From NCBI GenBank assembly GCA_046075485.1, contig JBJTQF010000371.1:29217-93216 (forward strand): a DNA stretch of 64,000 nt. The letters run 5' to 3'. This DNA is from Myxococcota bacterium (GTDB lineage Bacteria; Myxococcota_A; UBA796; JAJRTE01; JBJTQF01). Shown here one piece after another: positions 29,466 through 38,473 of the stretch. A program made the translations under genes and the position numbers. Within the stretch, counting starts at the first letter, position 1. Each line of letters starts with the position of its first letter. The notes beneath the pieces are model-generated. The model was not told the origin of the DNA and ran no database searches. It saw only the letters and a program-made list of their open reading frames with translations.

Positions 29466-29855
29466 ATGGTGGAAAAACAATGGCGGGTGCTGATCTGTGA
29501 CGATGATCTCTACGACGTGGCCGCGCAGCTTCCCGTACCGCAGGCGCTGAAAATCCAGGTGATGGATCGCGCCGATAACTGTGTTGAGCAGGTCTTGACG
29601 TGGCAGCCTCACGCCGTTTTGATGGATTTCCACATGCGCTCCCCCCTCAAAGGTGATGAAGCCGTTCGGCTCCTCCGTGCATCCTATGGGCAGACCCTGC
29701 TGATTGTGGGCATCTCTTCGGCCAGCTCTCTCAATCATCGGCTGCAACAGGCGGGGGCAAACTTTGTGGTGCCGAAGCCGCAGGTGTCCAGCCTGCTGCA
29801 AGAGCTGGTGATGATCATTCCAGCATCACTGGAACCCGTCCCACCGCTGCCCTGA
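29466..29855 (+). CDS. Stand-alone response regulator receiver domain
   Basis: LICDDD, VLMD (phosphoacceptor), ISS and PKP motifs. Confidence 0.85.
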   Translation: MVEKQWRVLICDDDLYDVAAQLPVPQALKIQVMDRADNCVEQVLTWQPHAVLMDFHMRSPLKGDEAVRLLRASYGQTLLIVGISSASSLNHRLQQAGANFVVPKPQVSSLLQELVMIIPASLEPVPPLP

Positions 29856-29858
29856 GCG

Positions 29859-30254
29859 TTAGGCTTCGATGATCGCCCGCGCGTGGGCAGGATCATGTTC
29901 TTTAAGAAACTGCAACCAGCGTAGCTGCTTGAGCACTTGCGCTCGTACTTCCAGACGATACTTGTGACGACTGTTACCCAGGCGATGCTCCAAATAGACC
30001 ACCCCGTGCTCACTGCCGGGCGCATCGTCCCCTTCTTGGAGGATTCCCGTCACAAAAAGGCCCGCGCATAAGGTAGGATCCCGACGGAGCACTTTAAAGG
30101 GCTGAGCGTCAAGCAGCCGATCTACCTGAAACGCAGTGCCTCGATCTACATATATATAATAGTCTCGAATGTCCTGAGAGAGCTCGCGGCGACAGACGAG
30201 CCGAAAGAGACCCAGCTCTTTCAGATCAAAGAGGACACCGACAATCCGAATCAT
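29859..30254 (-). CDS. Hypothetical protein
   Basis: Fills the gap between convergent and divergent neighbours; GGAGGAG RBS just before GTG-ATG at 30257/30254; the longer ORF overlaps the glutaredoxin gene. Confidence 0.6.
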   Translation of the reverse strand: MIRIVGVLFDLKELGLFRLVCRRELSQDIRDYYIYVDRGTAFQVDRLLDAQPFKVLRRDPTLCAGLFVTGILQEGDDAPGSEHGVVYLEHRLGNSRHKYRLEVRAQVLKQLRWLQFLKEHDPAHARAIIEA

Positions 30255-30368
30255 CACAGGCTCCTCCGGCGCTTTCCTTAAGCAGTGCAGGATACATATC
30301 TGATTGATGATAACGGTTTTACAAAACGTGGTCAAGTCATCCCCCGGAAGGGTTCGGAAGGAATCAAC

Positions 30369-30644
30369 ATGCCTCAGCTTGCCCTCTACCAGTACGAAAG
30401 TTGTCCGTACTGCGCCAAAGTCCGCCGTGCCATGCAGGATCTTGGGGTTGAAGACCAGATTGAGCTGCGTAACACCCGTAAAGATCCGGCCCACGCGGAA
30501 GCACTACGCCGTCTCACCGGCATGAGCCAAGTCCCCTGTCTGCTCATCGATGGGAAGCCCCTGCTGGAGTCAGACGATATTGTAGAGTATCTTTATAAGC
30601 TGTTTGGAAAAGGCAAGACACCCCCTCGACGAAGCTGGTTTTGA
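30369..30644 (+). CDS. Glutaredoxin / GST N-terminal domain protein
   Basis: LYQYESCPYC, QVPCL.IDG..L.ES.DI motifs. Confidence 0.9.
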   Translation: MPQLALYQYESCPYCAKVRRAMQDLGVEDQIELRNTRKDPAHAEALRRLTGMSQVPCLLIDGKPLLESDDIVEYLYKLFGKGKTPPRRSWF

Positions 30645-30735
30645 GCGTTGATTGAACGAAGCGGTGGGCACAGGCTGGATTCCAGCGAGGCTGAAGAGTG
30701 CGAATGGCGGAAGCGGCAGAAAGGGAGCTCTCGGC

Positions 30736-31773
30736 ATGGAGCAGGTGCTACTAACCGGTGCAAACGGATTTTTAGGCCGAGCGATCTTGCGGCGACTGCT
30801 TCGGGAGCCCGTGCGGGTGCGTACGTGTGTGCGCACCCCAGCGGAGGAAGGGCCACTCCGGGCCACCTTGGCTGAGGAATTTCTGCCCACAGCTCTGGCC
30901 AAGCTGGAGATCCGGGCCCTGGAGCTGACCCAACGGTTTGCCGTGCCGAGTTTGTTGGCAGGCTGTGACTCCGTAATCCATGCGGCTGGAAAGGTGATGG
31001 TGGATCGTCGAGGCCCCTCCGCCCTCTATCGTGATCAGGTGGAGACAGCCGCCTATGTGCTCGAGGCGGCACTGAAACAAGGGGTCTCGAAGCTGGTGCT
31101 GGTCACACCGGCGCTGAGCCTGGGGGCTTCGGAAAAACCGACGGCGGTGGATGCCTCGGTGGAGTGGACCCTTCACAACCTGCCCTCCCCCTATATCCAA
31201 GCCAGTCGGCTGCGGCTCTTGGAGGGACTGCGGGTGGGCTCACGAGGGCTCAAGCTGGTGATGGCGTGTCCGACCTTTTGTGTGGGGGCGGAAGCAAACG
31301 CGGGTCTCGCGGGGAGCCTGCGCACGCTCCTGCTGAAGCCGCCTCCGCTCCCGCTGGTGGGTGGGTTAAATGTGGTGGCGGTGCAAGACGCGGCGGAAGG
31401 TGTGCTGCGCTGCTGGCGGACGGGATCACCCGGAACAACCTACCTGCTGGGGGGTCATGATCAGAGCTTCGAGCAGCTCAGCCGAACATTGCGCCTCTTA
31501 CAGACGGAGCAGGTGGGGCGTCGGCGTCGCCAAATTTGGGCAGAGCAGGCAGACTTTAGGCCGTGGGCTCAGCTTGGCACACGCGGTCTTCAGGCGCTGG
31601 CGAGCTGGCGGGAGCAGCTTCCTTTGGGAGAGGATTCTCCTTCGGCCCCCTGGATATGGCTCGGTCGATGGTGGTGGTATGCCTCGGGACCGGCGGAGCG
31701 GGCACTTCAGAGCCCGGTGATGCCCCTGGATCAGACCTTGCGGAAGTGGTTGGGGGCAGAGCACGGCGAATAA
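30736..31773 (+). CDS. NAD-dependent epimerase/dehydratase (extended SDR)
   Basis: VLLTGANGFLG, VIHAAG, V.VQDAAEG and G.TYLLGG motifs. Confidence 0.8.
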   Translation: MEQVLLTGANGFLGRAILRRLLREPVRVRTCVRTPAEEGPLRATLAEEFLPTALAKLEIRALELTQRFAVPSLLAGCDSVIHAAGKVMVDRRGPSALYRDQVETAAYVLEAALKQGVSKLVLVTPALSLGASEKPTAVDASVEWTLHNLPSPYIQASRLRLLEGLRVGSRGLKLVMACPTFCVGAEANAGLAGSLRTLLLKPPPLPLVGGLNVVAVQDAAEGVLRCWRTGSPGTTYLLGGHDQSFEQLSRTLRLLQTEQVGRRRRQIWAEQADFRPWAQLGTRGLQALASWREQLPLGEDSPSAPWIWLGRWWWYASGPAERALQSPVMPLDQTLRKWLGAEHGE

Positions 31774-31976
31774 ATCCGATACAGCGGGAAAAGGGAGGGG
31801 GAATGCAAGAGAACTGCGGTAAGAGATGCGGCATGCTCTTCCCCGCGCTTTAACCTTGTGCTATATTTCCGGTGCAGGTGAACCCTACAGAAAGAGAGTC
31901 GATCAGCCGATGCAGGATACGGGAGGCAGAGCGTTTCTGTTTCCTTCTCACGCAATGTGTTGATTTCGGAGCGTTG

Positions 31977-34085
31977 ATGTCCGCCCCCCTCCCAATCCAG
32001 CATCCCGCATCTTCGCGAGGTCGCTTTCGGAGACTGCTGCTCAGCTTGGCCGTGCTGGCCTTGCCAATGGCGGCGGCTGCGGGCGTGTCGTCTCGGATGC
32101 TCGAGCTTCCGCCAGAGGCGAAGGCCCCCCCTGTATCAGCGGTGGTCAGCTCTCAGGTGGAGCTTGCCGCATTGGTATCAGAGCTGATGCCTGCCCAATC
32201 GCCGAGGGTGGACAGTCCGGCTCGCGTGGATGCGTTTGCCAATGCCGGCACCCTGAGCCAGAGTACGGCGGTACAACTGGCGCGTCAGCTTGAGCAGCAG
32301 GGCATGCATCGGGATGCTCTCTATCGTTATTTGCTGTTGCATTCCTCCTTGCCTTCGTTGACTCTGCGTGCCCGGGTGGTTCTGGATCACCTCTCCCCTG
32401 CCGAAGTAAAGCTGCTCAAGGACTCCAAATCGGAGCTGAAGCGTTTCAGCGAGAACCTGCGACGTTTGGCCTCCTCCGCGCGGGTCGAGAAGATCATGGA
32501 TCGGCATGGATCCACCCTGGATGGAGCGGTTCAGGCGCTGACCCAGGCATATCCAGGCACGTATCCGCTCACCGAGCTGGAAGGTTTGGCTGGCGAGAGC
32601 AGCTCAGAGCATCCGATCTACTTGGTGCCTTCGCTGCTTTCGAGTGTGCCGGTGCGGGTGAAGGTGCCGGTGGACCATGCCCAAGCGCCCTTCCGGGTGA
32701 GTGTCCTGCCTGTGAAGGAGCTGACCGCATTCCAGGGTGACGCGGCCTTTTATCGTTATACCGAAGTGGCCCGCTGGGCGCTGGATCCGGTCTTTCGTCG
32801 CTTTCAGCGGGAGCTGGTGGAGGTCAGCGGAGTGGGTTTGCCCCTGGAAGAGCAGCTCTTGCGGGCGCTCTTTTTTGCCAATGAAGCCAGTAGTAAACCT
32901 GCCGAAGTGGCGGCTTGGCGTTCCATCAGCGCACAGACGGGTTATCATTTGGTGCCCACGCTGGAGGAGCGTCTCAAAGGCTGGCTCAACGACCGCAGCA
33001 GCTACCGGACTCTCTCCCTGTTTTTGCCTGAGCTGATGGAACAAGCGGCGTTGATCTCCGAAGGCAAGTCCAAGCTGCCCCGACTGGCCGATCCCGGCTT
33101 TGAGAAGTGGTCCGGTGCCGTGCTCGATCATTGGCGGGTCGAAGTGGTGGAGCCCTCGCTGAGTGGCACCGCGCGCCCGTCGGTGATCTCTCGCATTCGC
33201 AGCGAAGGGCGAAATGGCTGGGCGGTGATGCTCTCGGGGGATAAAAACACCAACGAGTGGCAAGGGGTGACGAGCGAGCCCTTGCTGGTCCTGCCGGGGG
33301 ATCGGGTGACCGTCGCCGGTCGGCTGCGGGCCAAAGACGTGCGCTCCCTGGGGCGACGGGTGACCGCTGCCCACCTCGAAGCGCGGGTGCTGAGCCGAGA
33401 CGGTGCGGTGCTTCGTCGAGTGGTGAGCAAAGAGATGCTCGGCACAACCGGTTGGGAGGACGTCCAGCTCGAGTTTGTGGTGCCTGCCGGGGCCGACCGT
33501 ATGCACATCAGCGGCGTGCTGGCCATGGCCGGAGAGCTGGCCTTCGATAACATCGACGTGAATGTGGTACGTCCCGAAGTGCGACGGTTCATCCGCAATG
33601 GCGGTTTTGAGCAGCTCAGTGGAAATTCTCCGGCGAGCTGGGAGCCGGTGGTGGCCTCTCGCCTGACCCAAACGGGCCCTGCCGTGTCCTCTCGCTGGGA
33701 GCAAGACTTTGACTCTCCGGCAGAGGGGCGCGCATCGATCAAGCTGGCGGGTGATGGCCTGACCAGTCATTGGCTGGAGCTGCGCTCGATTCCGGTGGCG
33801 GTGGAGCCTGGGCAGCGCGTGACCCTCAGCGGGATGTTGCGCGCGCGGAGTGTGACCCTCGACGCTCGGCAGCATCGCCATGCAAACTTCTCATTGACCT
33901 TCCTCTCGGCCAGTGGTGTTGAGCTCACCTCGTTTGAGAGCCCGGTCATGGAAGGCACCTCGGGCTGGAAGCCCATCGAGATGGAAGTGGTGGCTCCCCT
34001 CGAAGCGGTTCAGATGCGAGTCGGCTGCCTGCTCACCATGAGCGGCGAGTTATGGTTCGACGACGTACACCTCTCTCGGCGCTGA
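31977..34085 (+). CDS. Exported protein with two C-terminal carbohydrate-binding-like (galactose-binding fold) domains
   Basis: Signal peptide; two homologous modules (DPGFE/NGGFE ... GTTGW/GTSGW ... GEL.FD). Confidence 0.7.
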   Translation: MSAPLPIQHPASSRGRFRRLLLSLAVLALPMAAAAGVSSRMLELPPEAKAPPVSAVVSSQVELAALVSELMPAQSPRVDSPARVDAFANAGTLSQSTAVQLARQLEQQGMHRDALYRYLLLHSSLPSLTLRARVVLDHLSPAEVKLLKDSKSELKRFSENLRRLASSARVEKIMDRHGSTLDGAVQALTQAYPGTYPLTELEGLAGESSSEHPIYLVPSLLSSVPVRVKVPVDHAQAPFRVSVLPVKELTAFQGDAAFYRYTEVARWALDPVFRRFQRELVEVSGVGLPLEEQLLRALFFANEASSKPAEVAAWRSISAQTGYHLVPTLEERLKGWLNDRSSYRTLSLFLPELMEQAALISEGKSKLPRLADPGFEKWSGAVLDHWRVEVVEPSLSGTARPSVISRIRSEGRNGWAVMLSGDKNTNEWQGVTSEPLLVLPGDRVTVAGRLRAKDVRSLGRRVTAAHLEARVLSRDGAVLRRVVSKEMLGTTGWEDVQLEFVVPAGADRMHISGVLAMAGELAFDNIDVNVVRPEVRRFIRNGGFEQLSGNSPASWEPVVASRLTQTGPAVSSRWEQDFDSPAEGRASIKLAGDGLTSHWLELRSIPVAVEPGQRVTLSGMLRARSVTLDARQHRHANFSLTFLSASGVELTSFESPVMEGTSGWKPIEMEVVAPLEAVQMRVGCLLTMSGELWFDDVHLSRR

Positions 34086-34236
34086 ATTTTGTGCGTGTTT
34101 GACGCATGCGCCCCTGCCCTGCTTTTTATGAGCCTGCCTGCGGACTCCGGCGATTGATCTTGCCCTCACTTGGCAATATCTCCACACCGCTACTTGCCAG
34201 CCCCCTTGACCGGCACCGATCAGGTCGCAGGCGCAT

Positions 34237-34367
34237 ACGCACGCATGGGACGGGTGAATGAGTGTTCGCCCAACAAGCACACGCACACGCACACGCACGC
34301 GCTACAACACGCACACGCGCACGCACGCATGAGACGGGCGAATGAGTGTTCGCCCAACAAGCACACG
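34237..34367. repeat. 47-bp direct repeat (2 copies) with a REP-like hairpin core, separated by a (GCACAC)n-like tract
   Basis: Copies at 34237-34283 and 34321-34367 with 2 mismatches; core GGGCGAAT-GAGT-GTTCGCCC; lies between convergent genes. Confidence 0.85.
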
Positions 34368-34456
34368 GATATGGGCAGGCATCACCAAGCTTTAGGAGTA
34401 CACAAGGAAAGAATAAACGCGGCAGGATAAGCGAATAAGCTCGCTGAGCAGCAGGG

Positions 34457-36709
34457 TTATCCCATGATGGCGAAGCGGAAGCTCTCATGGCCCACGGTGA
34501 TTTCCTCACCCCCTTCGATGGCCAAGGTGTCCACCAAGAAGCCATTGACCAAGGTGCCGTGCTCCGAGAGATGGTCTTCAATCAGATACTGACCATCCTG
34601 ATAGCGGATCTCGCAGTGGCTGGGTGCCACCAAGCCGTCTTCGAGCTGGAGAGAGTTGCCCGTGCCACGGCCAATGAGGAAGACGTCTCCCGTGACCTCC
34701 AAGCGTGTCTCTCGCGGCGTTCCCTCGTAGCGGATGAGACAGGCACGCACCCGGCGCCGGCCCTTCGCTCGCGCAGGCGCTTCCACCCGCTCACGCACCG
34801 CGTCGATGGGCTGGCCCTTGGCATCGGCCAACAGGAAACGGAAGGTGGTGAAGCCGATGTTGATCTTCTCACGGCCCTTGAGGGTATACACCGTCACGGG
34901 CTGACCGTTGACGTAGGTGCCGTTGGTCGAACGTTTGTCCACCACACTCCAGCGCCCACCTTCAAACTGGAACTCGCAGTGAAAACGGGAGGCTTTGACC
35001 TCCGACAGGATCTGATAGGTGTTCTGACTGGAACGCCCCAGCGTGACCGTATCCCCCACCAGCGCATACCGGAACTCGCGAGAAGAACCTTCGCGGAAGA
35101 CCAAAAATCCACGCGGGAGTCCTTCAAGCTCTTCTTGCAGGGCCAGAGGGCCTTCATCGGCAGTGTCGTCTTTCTCCTCCTCAAGCTCCGCGAGCTTCTC
35201 GGACACAGGCGCGGCCACCGGAACCACCGGTGCAGGAGGGGGCGGAGGTGGTGCCACCGGTGCAGGGGGCGGAGGTGGTGCAGGTCGGACCACCGGCGCG
35301 GGTGGCGGCTCCACCACAGACGCTTTTGCAGCCGCCTGGAGCGCCGATGCCAAGTGCTCTTCCCGCGTCGCCTCGTTGAAGATCAGCTCTGCATCATCAT
35401 CAACGAGCACCGGGGGCGGGCGATGGCCCGTGTCTCGACCCGAGACCACTGAGGGTTCGTAGGGCACAAAGTCTCGTGAAGGCGTCTGGAAAGGACGCAG
35501 GTCGAGGACTCGTGCAGGAGCAGGCGGAACCACCGGTGCGGGCGGTGCAGGCGGAACCACCGGTGCAGAGACCACCACGGGAGCGGCTACCACCACAGGG
35601 GCAGGCGGTGCAGGCGGCTCGGCGGCCTGTACATGGGCATGAGCCCGGGCTCGCAGTGCATCTCGCACTTCGGGAGACAAAACCTGGGTAGCACGGGTCG
35701 AGACATCTGGCTCAGCGTGCTCAGGCTCTCGAGAAGGGGGTGGAACCGGGATAACCGGAATACGTGCGGTTGAGAGATCCGCCATATGACGCTCGGGCGG
35801 AGCCGGAGGCGGCAACGGTGCAGCGGCTGCTTGCACTTCGTGGGCCGCACTATCAAGGGCCTCCAAGACATGCTTGAGCTCTTCTACCACACTGCGGGCA
35901 TCGGCGGGGCGCTCGAACGGATCGATGGCCAAGAGTCGAGTCACCAAGTGGCGCAAGGCCACGGGCACGGCATTGAGGGCCTGAACATCGTCCAGCTCAC
36001 GACGGAGCACCCGGCGCACGAACTTAAGCGGCTCCTCGGCAGGACAGAATCGCGCAGCAAGGGCTTCAAAGAGCAATACACCCAGGCTATAAAGATCGGC
36101 GCGTTTGTCCACCATCGGACGGCCCCAGACTTCTTCAGGCGCCTGATAGACCACGGTTCGAGGAGGCACCGCCCAGGGAAGGCGCGCTTCAAGCCGAGTG
36201 CTCCAGCCGCCCAGGAGCTTGACCCGCCCACGGGCATCCACCAACACACGGATGGGGTTGAGACCTCCATGCACCAGGTGAAGCGGTCGGTTGCCTTCGC
36301 GGGCATCGTGTAGGGCGCTCAGCCCTTGCGCCACTTGAAGACCGATCTCTACCACCAGGCGCAGGGGAAGGGCTTCCGCTCCATTCTCGCGACGCTGGAT
36401 CAACGCCTCGAGCGAGCGGCCCTCAAAAAACTCACTCACCACCACCGGGCGATCCCCTTGATAATCAACGTCGAGCACTCGAGCGATGATGGGGTGATTG
36501 ATTTTTCGCCAACGCTCGATGCGGGAGATCTCGTCGTCAAAACCTTCGAGGTTGAGCAGCTCCGGCCAGAGTCGGTCAAGAATGACCGGTGGATCCTGCG
36601 GGGTCGCATGGGCATGTCGCGCCAGAAAACGTTCTCCCAGGGTCCAGTGCGCCAAGAAGCGGGTGGTCAGATAGCTGCCGATCTGAGCATCCAGATTGGA
36701 TTGATCCAT
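34457..36709 (-). CDS. Ser/Thr kinase-like (pseudokinase) domain, Pro-rich linker and two FHA domains
   Basis: HP.I, YQAPE, DLYSLG and RP kinase motifs; FHA motifs GR..SRFH..STNGT and GR..SH..SEHGT. Confidence 0.85.
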   Translation of the reverse strand: MDQSNLDAQIGSYLTTRFLAHWTLGERFLARHAHATPQDPPVILDRLWPELLNLEGFDDEISRIERWRKINHPIIARVLDVDYQGDRPVVVSEFFEGRSLEALIQRRENGAEALPLRLVVEIGLQVAQGLSALHDAREGNRPLHLVHGGLNPIRVLVDARGRVKLLGGWSTRLEARLPWAVPPRTVVYQAPEEVWGRPMVDKRADLYSLGVLLFEALAARFCPAEEPLKFVRRVLRRELDDVQALNAVPVALRHLVTRLLAIDPFERPADARSVVEELKHVLEALDSAAHEVQAAAAPLPPPAPPERHMADLSTARIPVIPVPPPSREPEHAEPDVSTRATQVLSPEVRDALRARAHAHVQAAEPPAPPAPVVVAAPVVVSAPVVPPAPPAPVVPPAPARVLDLRPFQTPSRDFVPYEPSVVSGRDTGHRPPPVLVDDDAELIFNEATREEHLASALQAAAKASVVEPPPAPVVRPAPPPPPAPVAPPPPPPAPVVPVAAPVSEKLAELEEEKDDTADEGPLALQEELEGLPRGFLVFREGSSREFRYALVGDTVTLGRSSQNTYQILSEVKASRFHCEFQFEGGRWSVVDKRSTNGTYVNGQPVTVYTLKGREKINIGFTTFRFLLADAKGQPIDAVRERVEAPARAKGRRRVRACLIRYEGTPRETRLEVTGDVFLIGRGTGNSLQLEDGLVAPSHCEIRYQDGQYLIEDHLSEHGTLVNGFLVDTLAIEGGEEITVGHESFRFAIMG

Positions 36710-37072
36710 CGTTCGCGTGCTCCAGGTATCAAGTCTTGCCGGTGTGCCGAGTGCGCCCGCCCAACGCTGCGGGACGACGTGACTCAGGCACTGCGCCTCC
36801 GAGATTCAAGGATTACAGGCATTTCTCTCCTGAGATCCCAGAAATGTGAGCTAGCATAGCACCACTACCCCCCAACTTCAACCGTCCTGCATGGAATCCC
36901 GGCGAAGATGCGCAGGAAGGCAGACAGGTGAGCAGAGTTCGCTATAATAGACGTCACACAGGATCCAGCGGTTGCCCCCAGCGGGGCCTCGTGACCGCAG
37001 AGTTCTTGCACTACCGGTAATCCATCTCGGGAGGGCACTCGCCCCCCTCACGACTTCGAGGAGCCCCCAACC

Positions 37073-37798
37073 ATGTCTCAGGTCTCGTCCGCTGCCCGCT
37101 CGTGCCTCTCTCGTCTCACCCGCTCGGGAGGGCTGACACGGGGTATGCCCACGGTGTTGTCTAAGTCCACGGGGTTGTCTAGGCCCACGGTGTTGTCTAA
37201 GTCCACGGTGTTGTCTAAGCCCACGGTATTGTCCATGCTCACCGGGCTGACCCTGCTCACCGGGCTGAGCTGGAACGCCTCTTCCCTTCAGGCGAAGGAG
37301 CCGTCGTTACAGGTGGCCCAAGCGGATGGTGAACCGCTCCAGCTCAAGCCGCTGGGAAGCACAGGCGATCCGCTCTTAAATCAGCCTGCGCCAGATTTTT
37401 CCTTGCAGCAACGAAACGGTGAGACCCTGAGCTTGACCGGGCTCCAGGGCAAGGTGGTGGTGCTCAACTTCTGGGCAACGTGGTGTGCGCCTTGTGTGGA
37501 AGAGATTCCGGCACTCAACCGCTTGTATCGACAACTGAAGGGGCTTCCGGTGGAGCTGGTGGGCATCTCGGTGGACAACGGCTGGGCGGAGGTCGATAAG
37601 ATGCTGCTCAAGCGACCTATCCAGTTTAAGGTGGCACTCGATACCGCTCAAGGAGTACCCACCCGCTACGGGACCAGCAAATATCCCGAGACATTCGTCA
37701 TCAACAAACAAGGGGTTGTGGTCAGAAAGCTCATCGGTGCGCAGCTATGGGATCGGGGGGATTTTGTGGCCTATCTGCGAAAGCTGGCGGCTGAATAA
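37073..37798 (+). CDS. TlpA/ResA-family thiol-disulfide oxidoreductase
   Basis: APDF.L, VVLNFWATWCAPC..E.P and PETFVI motifs. Confidence 0.92.
   Translation: MSQVSSAARSCLSRLTRSGGLTRGMPTVLSKSTGLSRPTVLSKSTVLSKPTVLSMLTGLTLLTGLSWNASSLQAKEPSLQVAQADGEPLQLKPLGSTGDPLLNQPAPDFSLQQRNGETLSLTGLQGKVVVLNFWATWCAPCVEEIPALNRLYRQLKGLPVELVGISVDNGWAEVDKMLLKRPIQFKVALDTAQGVPTRYGTSKYPETFVINKQGVVVRKLIGAQLWDRGDFVAYLRKLAAE
37148..37273 (+). repeat. 18-bp tandem repeat (5 copies plus 2 diverged) in the N-terminal coding region of the TlpA gene
   Basis: Unit (C/T)CCACGGTGTTGTCTAAG encoding P/S-TVLSK. Confidence 0.9.
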
Positions 37799-37858
37799 CC
37801 ACGCGGAGAGCTCCAGCATACCCCACGCATGGGCCACCCGGTGCGCTGTGAGACGGGC

Positions 37859-38194
37859 TCAACCTTTCTTGCCAATCGGTGGGGCAATACACACCAGCAC
37901 CACCAGCGACGAGCTTCCCGCATTTTTGACGCCGTGGGGCACGCCCGAAGGTGCAAAGGCCATTCCACCAACACCCAAGGTTTGCACTTCATCTCCCACC
38001 ACAAAGTGGCCTTCTCCCTGCACCACACAGTACACCTTGTCGGAGCCTGCATGGGCGTGGAGCTTGTGCTCTTGACCCGGCTCTAAACAATTGAGTCCCA
38101 CCGTCAACAGCTCCCCTTCAAAGAGATTGACCTTCGCCATCTTTTCCGATGAAAAACGGGCTCGATTGGCAATATTGTCTACTAAATATGACAT
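37859..38194 (-). CDS. Cupin domain protein
   Basis: PGQEH..HAH...DK.Y.V..G.G and P.GVPHGV.N motifs. Confidence 0.9.
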   Translation of the reverse strand: MSYLVDNIANRARFSSEKMAKVNLFEGELLTVGLNCLEPGQEHKLHAHAGSDKVYCVVQGEGHFVVGDEVQTLGVGGMAFAPSGVPHGVKNAGSSSLVVLVCIAPPIGKKG

Positions 38195-38273
38195 AATGTT
38201 TCCTTTCTATGGGAGGCGGCGGAGTGCCTCCCGGATGTGGGAGCGCGTGATGCCCGAGACGATGGCTGACCCT

Positions 38274-38345
38274 CACGCACACGCATACGCGCACACACGC
38301 ATACGAGCATACGCGCACACACGCACACGCACACACGCACACGCA
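38274..38345. repeat. Alternating purine-pyrimidine (CA/CG) low-complexity tract
   Basis: CACGCACACGCATACGCGCACACACGC..., about 72 bp with one interruption. Confidence 0.9.
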
Positions 38346-38473
38346 GGCTCGCAAAATTCGTCGGCATCATACGTAGGCTGGGACATTACTTCAAGGACAT
38401 CCCGAATAAGGCGTGGGGACAACCGTTTCACGACTTGGCCCTCTGCTTTTGAGCAAAGGCCCCGAAGCACCCC

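Noticed and set aside
34237-34367. Possible mini CRISPR array (47-bp repeat, 37-bp spacer)
   Set aside because: Only two repeats, a low-complexity spacer and no cas genes; a REP-like element fits better
36710-37072. Possible structured ncRNA in the divergent intergenic region
   Set aside because: No recognisable tRNA, SRP, 6S or riboswitch consensus by eye; an Infernal/Rfam search would be needed
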